64,000 bases of DNA from an uncultured Roseivirgaceae bacterium (lineage in GTDB: Bacteria > Bacteroidota > Bacteroidia > Cytophagales > Cyclobacteriaceae), in assembly GCA_964493505.1 (NCBI GenBank), contig CAZBNP010000007.1, positions 70,392 through 134,391 of the forward strand, written 5' to 3'. Numbering within the stretch: the stretch's first letter is position 1; each line of letters opens with the position of its first letter. Made by a program: the position numbers and the translations under genes. Positions 58,106 through 64,000 of the stretch are shown here, in pieces. The notes below the pieces were generated by a model that did no database searches, was not told the DNA's origin, and saw only the letters and a list, made by a program, of their open reading frames with translations.

Positions 58106-59068
58106 TTATCCTTCCAGGCGACAAAAATTGTCCATACCCAGGTGTATGAGCGCATCTCCCGCATTGATTACAGGACCGTTGTTTAGTCCGATGATATAAC
58201 CTGTCTGTGTTGTTTTTACTTCCTCTTTGAATTCACCAAACGGGTCGGTGATAGTGCCAACCCATTCTCCGCGGTGAACGAGTTGTCCGCTTTGCACATT
58301 AGGTTGAAAGAGGCCGGCGTGTTTTGCCCGTATCCAGGAAGTATTCCAGATGACACGATTGGGTTCAGCGGGTTCGGGAGCGTTGGCAATCATACCCAGG
58401 TGCTTCATCAGCCGCAACGTACCGGAAAGTCCTTCTTCAATAGCATGAGCATCGAACCTCAGGGATTCGCCACCTTCATATACAATGATCCGTTTGCCTT
58501 TGCGCGATGCCTCTCGCCTGAGCGAGTTGGGCCGGAAGGGCATATCGATCGTAAAGGGAGCGCCGAAGGCATTTGCGAGCTCAAGATTCTTCCCGTCTCT
58601 CAATACAGCACGCACCTGCGGGTAGTTGGAGCGCATAGCTCCGCCAGTATGGAAATCCACGCCACAGTCGATGGCCGGTATTACATCATGCATAAGGTAA
58701 TAGGCCACGCGGCTCGCAAGTGAACCTGTTCTTCGTCCGGGAAATGAGCGATTGACATCCTTGCCGTCGGGAACCTCACGCGAATAGTTAAGGAATCCGT
58801 ACACATTGATAACCGGCATACAGACCACTGTTCCACGTATGACCTTGTGCAACCCGCGGTCGAGGATTCGCCGCACAATTTCCATCCCATTCAGTTCATC
58901 GCCATGCATACCCGCAATCAATGCCAGAACAGGCCCGTCCTCCGATCCACGCGAAACATAGATCGGCGTATCGATCAGGGTGTGGGACGGCAGTCTTGCA
59001 ATGTTAATATTGATCTCCCTGAATTCACCCGGCTCAATCTCATGATTAGCAACGATCAGCTTTTTCAA
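58106..59068 (-). CDS. Succinylglutamate desuccinylase/aspartoacylase (M14-like) family protein
   Basis: AGMHGDELNG, DVNRSFPG, VDFHTG, YEGGE; C-terminal biotinyl/lipoyl-like domain; TTG start. Confidence 0.92.
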   Translation of the reverse strand: MKKLIVANHEIEPGEFREININIARLPSHTLIDTPIYVSRGSEDGPVLALIAGMHGDELNGMEIVRRILDRGLHKVIRGTVVCMPVINVYGFLNYSREVPDGKDVNRSFPGRRTGSLASRVAYYLMHDVIPAIDCGVDFHTGGAMRSNYPQVRAVLRDGKNLELANAFGAPFTIDMPFRPNSLRREASRKGKRIIVYEGGESLRFDAHAIEEGLSGTLRLMKHLGMIANAPEPAEPNRVIWNTSWIRAKHAGLFQPNVQSGQLVHRGEWVGTITDPFGEFKEEVKTTQTGYIIGLNNGPVINAGDALIHLGMDNFCRLEG

Positions 59069-59075
59069 AACTATA

Positions 59076-59160
59076 CAGATTTAAGATTCAAGATTCAAAA
59101 TTCAGAGTCTTCCTCCTAATCCTGAACCTTGAATCTCAAACCCTGAACCCTTGAATTTTG
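59076..59160. repeat. Inverted pair of degenerate heptamer arrays between rimK and the deacylase gene
   Basis: CAGATTT AAGATTC AAGATTC AAAATTC AGAGTCT ... ACCTTGA ATCTCAA ACCCTGA ACCCTTGA ATTTTG. Confidence 0.8.
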
Positions 59161-59165
59161 CGTGA

Positions 59166-60074
59166 TTATGCATTGACGGTATCCCGCTGGATCTTGTGTT
59201 TACCCGCAAATTTCTCCACAAAGTCGTAGATCCTGCCCGCGATATCGACCTTGGTTGCGCCCTCGATCCCTTCGAGGCCGGGCGAGGAATTGACCTCCAG
59301 AATGAGCGGTCCGCGATTTGAGGGCAGCATATCGACACCTGCCACACCGAGCCCCATCTTCCTTGCCGCCATCAGCGCGGCCGCCTTCTCCTGCTTACTC
59401 AACTTCACCACACTGGCGGTGCCTCCGCGGTGAAGATTGGACCTGAACTCCCCCTCCTTAGCCTGCCTGCGCATCGCGCCGACCACTTCATTGTTAACCA
59501 CAAATGCCCGTATGTCGGCTCCCTTTGCCTCCTTGATAAACTCCTGGATAATAATACGCGCATGAATGCCATGAAAAGCTTCGACGATCGACTTCGCAAC
59601 CTTCTTGGTCTCCGCCATCACCACACCAAGCCCCTGCGTGCCTTCCAGTAGTTTAATGACTACCGGCGCACCGCCCACAGCTTCAACAATACCTTCGGTG
59701 TCCCGCGAATAATCCATAAAAATTGTCTTCGGTAACCCCAGGCCTGCACGCGACAATATCTGTAAACTGCGTAATTTGTCGCGCGAGCGAATAAGAGCTT
59801 GGGATTCCACCGCTGTAAAGACCTTCATCATCTCAAACTGCCGGATCACAGCAGCGCCGTAGAACGTCACCGATGCCCCGACACGGGGAATGACCGCATC
59901 AAAATAGTCGAGACGTCTGCCGTGATAGAGCACCATCGGGTTTTTCTTTTCAATGAAGAGCACGCATTTCATGTGGTCGATGATCTCGACGTGATGCCCC
60001 CTCTCTTCTCCAGCTTGTTTTAAACGCTTCGTAGAATAGAGTGACGGGTTCCTGGAGAGAATTGCGATATTCAT
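59166..60074 (-). CDS. rimK: RimK family alpha-L-glutamate ligase (ATP-grasp)
   Basis: [48 protein letters not shown]. Confidence 0.93.
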   Translation of the reverse strand: MNIAILSRNPSLYSTKRLKQAGEERGHHVEIIDHMKCVLFIEKKNPMVLYHGRRLDYFDAVIPRVGASVTFYGAAVIRQFEMMKVFTAVESQALIRSRDKLRSLQILSRAGLGLPKTIFMDYSRDTEGIVEAVGGAPVVIKLLEGTQGLGVVMAETKKVAKSIVEAFHGIHARIIIQEFIKEAKGADIRAFVVNNEVVGAMRRQAKEGEFRSNLHRGGTASVVKLSKQEKAAALMAARKMGLGVAGVDMLPSNRGPLILEVNSSPGLEGIEGATKVDIAGRIYDFVEKFAGKHKIQRDTVNA

Positions 60075-60088
60075 ATTAAATATGGTGA

Positions 60089-60535
60089 CTATTTTTTTGA
60101 ACGAACAGCGGCGCGGGCTTTCCGCTTCTGCCGGAATGACACGTTTCTTTTGGAAACATCAATCAAAAAACGATTGTGTAAAATTTTGCGCCCGATCAAA
60201 ATGGGAAATTTCAGCGATCCCCGGTTAGACAACGAAAATTCAGTGGTAATCACCTCATCCAGAATAGTTACGGCGGTAACAATAACAAACCGGTTCTCGA
60301 TCTCGCCAAACGAATTCTTGATCTTCCTCTTCTCAAACTTCTCAAAAACGAACTTCATCCCCGTGAATTCGGGATGCTCCTCATCGAGCAGGATAAACTC
60401 AAGTTTCCCGTCGACTACTTCCGCTTTCAGACAATGCAGACTGCATGTGTATGCGCCGGTATCAATCTTTGCATGAATGTTATTCAAGCCCAGTTCCGGT
60501 AGGTCAACCCGGTCATATCGCCCCAAAATTTGCAT
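60089..60535 (-). CDS. RimK-associated retropepsin-like putative protease (RimB / so-called ATP-dependent zinc protease family)
   Basis: [29 protein letters not shown]. Confidence 0.88.
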   Translation of the reverse strand: MQILGRYDRVDLPELGLNNIHAKIDTGAYTCSLHCLKAEVVDGKLEFILLDEEHPEFTGMKFVFEKFEKRKIKNSFGEIENRFVIVTAVTILDEVITTEFSLSNRGSLKFPILIGRKILHNRFLIDVSKRNVSFRQKRKARAAVRSKK

Positions 60536-60561
60536 GCACTGATTTTTAATAAATATAAACC

Positions 60562-60587
60562 AAAAAAAGCCCCGCCGAAGCAGAGCT
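60562..60587 (-). terminator. Rho-independent terminator after ffh
   Basis: Minus strand AGCUCUGC-UUCG-GCGGGGCU followed by a U7 tract. Confidence 0.85.
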
Positions 60588-60618
60588 CTTTCAATATATT
60601 TTTACCTGTCTTTACCCG

Positions 60619-61950
60619 TTACCGGCCAAATGGATTTATGGCAGAAAGTGCTCTTTTTCCACCCCCCATCTTGTTCATCGTTTTCATCATTTTGCGCATT
60701 TCCGAAAACTGTTTGAGCAGGTTGTTTACCTCCTGTACGGTACGTCCACTTCCTTTGGCAATACGCGCCTTACGGCTTCCGCTGATCAACTCCGGATTCT
60801 CCCGTTCCGCCATCGTCATCGACCGGATGATTGCCTCTATAGGCTTAAATGAATTATCGTCGATATCGGCTCCTTTCAGCGCTTTTCCTACGCCAGGAAT
60901 CATTCCCAAAAGGTCCTTCATATTCCCCATCTTCTTCACTTGCTGCAGCTGCTGAAGGAAATCGTTGAAGTCGAATTGGTTCTTCCTTATCTTTTTGGAG
61001 AGACGCTGTGCTTCGTCTTCATCGTAAGCCTGCTGGGCCCGTTCCACGAGAGAGATCACATCGCCCATCCCGAGGATCCTGCTGGCCATCCGATCGGGAT
61101 AGAAGCGGTCAATCTCTTCCATCTTCTCGCCGGTGCTGATAAACTTGATCGGTTTATCTACGACGCGGCGAATTGACAATGCCGCTCCACCCCGGGTGTC
61201 GCCGTCCAGCTTTGTCAGCACAACACCGTCGAAGTTCAGGCGCTCGTTAAACGTCCGCGCTGTATTGACAGCGTCCTGGCCCGTCATAGAATCGACTACA
61301 AAGAGCGTCTCCGACGGCTTCAAAACCTCCTTCAGCCGCGCGATTTCGTTCATCATCTCCTCGTCCACGGCCAGACGACCGGCCGTATCGACTACAACAA
61401 CCTTGTGATTGTTGTTTCTGGCGTGCTCTATCGCCGCCTTTGCAATCTTCACGGCATCCTTGTTCTCAGGTTCGGCATACACCTCCACACCAACCTGCTC
61501 ACCGAGTACTTTCAACTGATCTATGGCGGCAGGACGGTAGATGTCGCATGCTGTGAGCAGAACCTTTCTTCCCTGCTTTTTCAGATATAATGCGAGCTTT
61601 CCGGAAAATGTGGTCTTACCCGACCCCTGCAACCCCGAAATCAGGATAACAGCCGGGTTTCCTTCGATCCGGATATCTTCACTCCGGCCTCCCATCAGCG
61701 AGGTGAGCTCGTCGCTGGTAATCTTTGTCAGTAACTGGCCGGGAGAGATCGCAGTGATCACATCCTGCCCCAGAGCCTTTTCGCGGATATCGTCGGTAAC
61801 CTCCTTCGCAACTTTGTAGTTCACGTCGGCGTCAATCAGCGCCTTTCGGATCTCCTTGACAGTGGACGCCACGTTTATCTCCGTGATCTTTCCCTGCCCT
61901 TTCAGGGTCTGGAACGCTTTTTCCAGCTTAAAACTCAGATTATCGAACAT
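60619..61950 (-). CDS. ffh: Signal recognition particle protein Ffh
   Basis: GLQGSGKTT, DTAGRL, TKLDGDTRGGAA, RMASRILGMGD, Met-rich M domain. Confidence 0.97.
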   Translation of the reverse strand: MFDNLSFKLEKAFQTLKGQGKITEINVASTVKEIRKALIDADVNYKVAKEVTDDIREKALGQDVITAISPGQLLTKITSDELTSLMGGRSEDIRIEGNPAVILISGLQGSGKTTFSGKLALYLKKQGRKVLLTACDIYRPAAIDQLKVLGEQVGVEVYAEPENKDAVKIAKAAIEHARNNNHKVVVVDTAGRLAVDEEMMNEIARLKEVLKPSETLFVVDSMTGQDAVNTARTFNERLNFDGVVLTKLDGDTRGGAALSIRRVVDKPIKFISTGEKMEEIDRFYPDRMASRILGMGDVISLVERAQQAYDEDEAQRLSKKIRKNQFDFNDFLQQLQQVKKMGNMKDLLGMIPGVGKALKGADIDDNSFKPIEAIIRSMTMAERENPELISGSRKARIAKGSGRTVQEVNNLLKQFSEMRKMMKTMNKMGGGKRALSAINPFGR

Positions 61951-62059
61951 AGCAATGGTAAACTTAAAAAATTGTGAATATCCGGATCGGCTGCCCGCAG
62001 ACTAGCAAATTCGGGTTGCAAAGCTAACCAGAACTGATGTGTTTAAGAAAATCTGAACA

Positions 62060-62479
62060 TTAATTGTGCATCACGGTGGCGGATATCCATTCTTCACCGT
62101 CCTCAAAAACCTCCTTCTTCCAGATCGGCACTCGTTCTTTCAGACCCTCGACGATAAATTCGCAGGCGGCAAAAGAATCCCTGCGATGAGGCGTGGAAAC
62201 CGCGACAACAACCGATACTTCGCCGGGCTTCAATGTGCCCACCCGGTGGCTGACAGCCCAACCCAGCAACCCCCACCGACTGGACGCTTCCTCGAAGATT
62301 TTCTTGATCTCCGCCACTGCCCGGGCTTCATACGCCTCGTATTCCAGCCACAATACGTTCTTTCCATTCGCCGTATTGCGAACTGTACCGACAAAAACAC
62401 TGACTGCTCCCGCCCCCAGGCTGGATGCAGTATCGATGACCCTCTGTACATCAACTGGCTTTTCTGTGATCTTAATCAT
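62060..62479 (-). CDS. moaE: Molybdopterin synthase catalytic subunit
   Basis: GAVSVFVGTVR, LEYEAYE, HRVGTL, PHRRDSF, LKERVPIWKKE; true start ATG 62479 (the ORF-track N-terminal extension is spurious). Confidence 0.9.
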   Translation of the reverse strand: MIKITEKPVDVQRVIDTASSLGAGAVSVFVGTVRNTANGKNVLWLEYEAYEARAVAEIKKIFEEASSRWGLLGWAVSHRVGTLKPGEVSVVVAVSTPHRRDSFAACEFIVEGLKERVPIWKKEVFEDGEEWISATVMHN

Positions 62480-62605
62480 TTTTGTATCGGTTGAGTGCAA
62501 ATTTGTGTGAATGACTAAATCTAAGGATATGCAAAGCAAATAGCAAGGAAGAATGTACCGGCCGCCGGGGTGCAGATATCTGGAAATAGTCCTTATTTTG
62601 CGTCG

Positions 62606-64000
62606 ATGAAAAAAGTAAACTTCACCGCGCACGTACTCCCGCATCTTGTCGCGGTGGCCGTCTTTCTGATTGTTACTGTCTTTTTCTTTAACCCGATCTT
62701 TTTCGAAAGCAAGAGTCTGCAGCAAGGCGATATCCTGCAATTTCAGGGCTCGTCCAAAACCATCGCAGACTATCGCGCGGAAACCGGAGAAGAGGCACTC
62801 TGGACCGACTCAATGTTCAGCGGAATGCCGGCTTACCTGGTAAGTGTGCAGTGGGGAAATCAGGCAGTCGCCTATCTCAAAACCCTGATGGCGCTGTTTC
62901 TTCCCCATCCGATTGCCAATATTTTTCTGGCCTTTCTTTGTTACTACATCCTTCTGCTCTCGTTCCGCGTAAGACCCTACCTCGCCATTGCCGGTGCCAT
63001 CGCATTCGGCTTATCGTCCTATATGATCATCGGACTCGCCGCCGGACATAATTCACGTATCGGTGCCATAGCCTTCATGCCGCTCGTCATGGCGGGTATT
63101 CACCTTGCCTTCAGCGGACGGCGTATCCTCGGATTCGGAGTAACTACCACGGCAATGGCACTACACCTCCGCGAAAACCACATCCAGATTACTTACTACC
63201 TGCTGCTGATTGTGCTTATCTATGGACTGATCAGGCTTCTGGAAGCGTTCCAGGAGAAAACATTGCCCGACCTTTTCAAAGCCGTAGGCGTTTTATCCGG
63301 CGCAGTCGTCATAGCATTAGGAACCTATTTCGGACCGATTTGGGCGCTGAAAGAATACAGCAAGTACTCCACACGCGGTAAGTCGGAGCTGCTCACCGAC
63401 ACCCGCGACGCCGATGGTGCCGAGGGTATGAGCAAGGCTTACGCATTCGACTACAGCAACGGCATACTCGAACCTATGACGTTGATGATCCCCAATTTTT
63501 ATGGCGGCGCCAGCTCGAACTTTCTGGTATCGGACCGGGACAGCAAAGTGTACACCGCGCTCATGCGTTCGGGGAATGAAGAGACCGCTAACCAGCTCGC
63601 CCGCTACACAGGCGCTTACTGGGGCGAACAACGCATTGCCGCTCCCTACTACGCGGGCGCTGTGATCGTTTTTCTTTTCGCCGTGGGGATAGCTTTCGCG
63701 GACAAAAAACATGTTTGGTGGCTGGTATCCGTCAGCGTTCTCGGGATCGTTCTCTCATGGGGTAGCAACTTCGCCGCCTTCAATTATTTTATGTTCGACT
63801 ACTTTCCGGGATACAACAACTTCCGGTCTGTCACCTTCACACTGGTGTTGATCCTTTTCGCCATGCCGTTACTCGGATTACTCGGCCTGGAAAAATTGAT
63901 CGAAGCGAAAAACTCACGGAAGAAACTATTGATCGCCTTTACCTCCACGGGAGGACTGGCACTGGTGTTGTGGGTGTTCGCCGGTGTGTTTGGCTTCGTC
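62606..64000 (+). CDS. YfhO family membrane protein (putative GT-C glycosyltransferase), partial, runs off the right edge
   Basis: MKKVNFTAHVLPHL..., ALWTDSMFSGMPAY, NHIQITYY, STRGKSEL; open to the window end. Confidence 0.88.
   Translation, partial: MKKVNFTAHVLPHLVAVAVFLIVTVFFFNPIFFESKSLQQGDILQFQGSSKTIADYRAETGEEALWTDSMFSGMPAYLVSVQWGNQAVAYLKTLMALFLPHPIANIFLAFLCYYILLLSFRVRPYLAIAGAIAFGLSSYMIIGLAAGHNSRIGAIAFMPLVMAGIHLAFSGRRILGFGVTTTAMALHLRENHIQITYYLLLIVLIYGLIRLLEAFQEKTLPDLFKAVGVLSGAVVIALGTYFGPIWALKEYSKYSTRGKSELLTDTRDADGAEGMSKAYAFDYSNGILEPMTLMIPNFYGGASSNFLVSDRDSKVYTALMRSGNEETANQLARYTGAYWGEQRIAAPYYAGAVIVFLFAVGIAFADKKHVWWLVSVSVLGIVLSWGSNFAAFNYFMFDYFPGYNNFRSVTFTLVLILFAMPLLGLLGLEKLIEAKNSRKKLLIAFTSTGGLALVLWVFAGVFGFV

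Noticed and set aside
62480-62740. 87-residue N-terminal extension of MoaE
   Set aside because: It overlaps the real yfhO start on the opposite strand; the MoaE domain begins at ATG 62479.
1-64000. CRISPR arrays, prophage, IS elements, integrases, defence systems, recoded stop codons or frameshifted genes
   Set aside because: No regularly spaced repeat-spacer units or mobile-element genes were seen; all major genes read through intact in the standard code and intergenic gaps are short.

Overview
Chromosomal housekeeping-type window from a Bacteroidota bacterium, probably Cytophagales-like (gldA/gldF/gldG, Flavobacterium-type alternative complex III, TAnnTTTG -7 promoters, a CzcA-outer membrane factor fusion). 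Left to right: the actABCDEF operon (actF truncated by the window edge); two serine hydrolases and a loose sugar/oxidoreductase cluster; trmN6, yceI, an M3 oligopeptidase, a PaaE-like reductase and purB; an adaptor-permease-TolC efflux operon without ATPase; an ECF sigma/anti-sigma/periplasmic protein triad; gldA-(antisense CBS gene)-gldF-gldG-DUF4340-dnaN; polyprenyl synthase, corA, a CorC/HlyC-type gene and kup; a heavy-metal RND system preceded by a His-rich upstream ORF ending in RGPP; a DUF1328 gene; a protease-rimK-M14 deacylase triad; ffh, moaE and a partial yfhO. No tRNA, rRNA, CRISPR array, integrase or transposase was recognised. The most interesting signals are non-coding or small: (1) a probably leaderless, His-rich, RGPP-ending ORF whose last codons can pair with the czcA leader, a candidate metal-sensing ribosome-stalling switch; (2) a candidate non-canonical SRP-like small RNA near 36.9 kb; (3) a strongly structured corA leader containing a Pro-rich mini-ORF; (4) an unexplained 124-nt branched RNA-like element; (5) inverted heptamer-period arrays at gene junctions. 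All family assignments are from motif recognition by eye; no searches were run.
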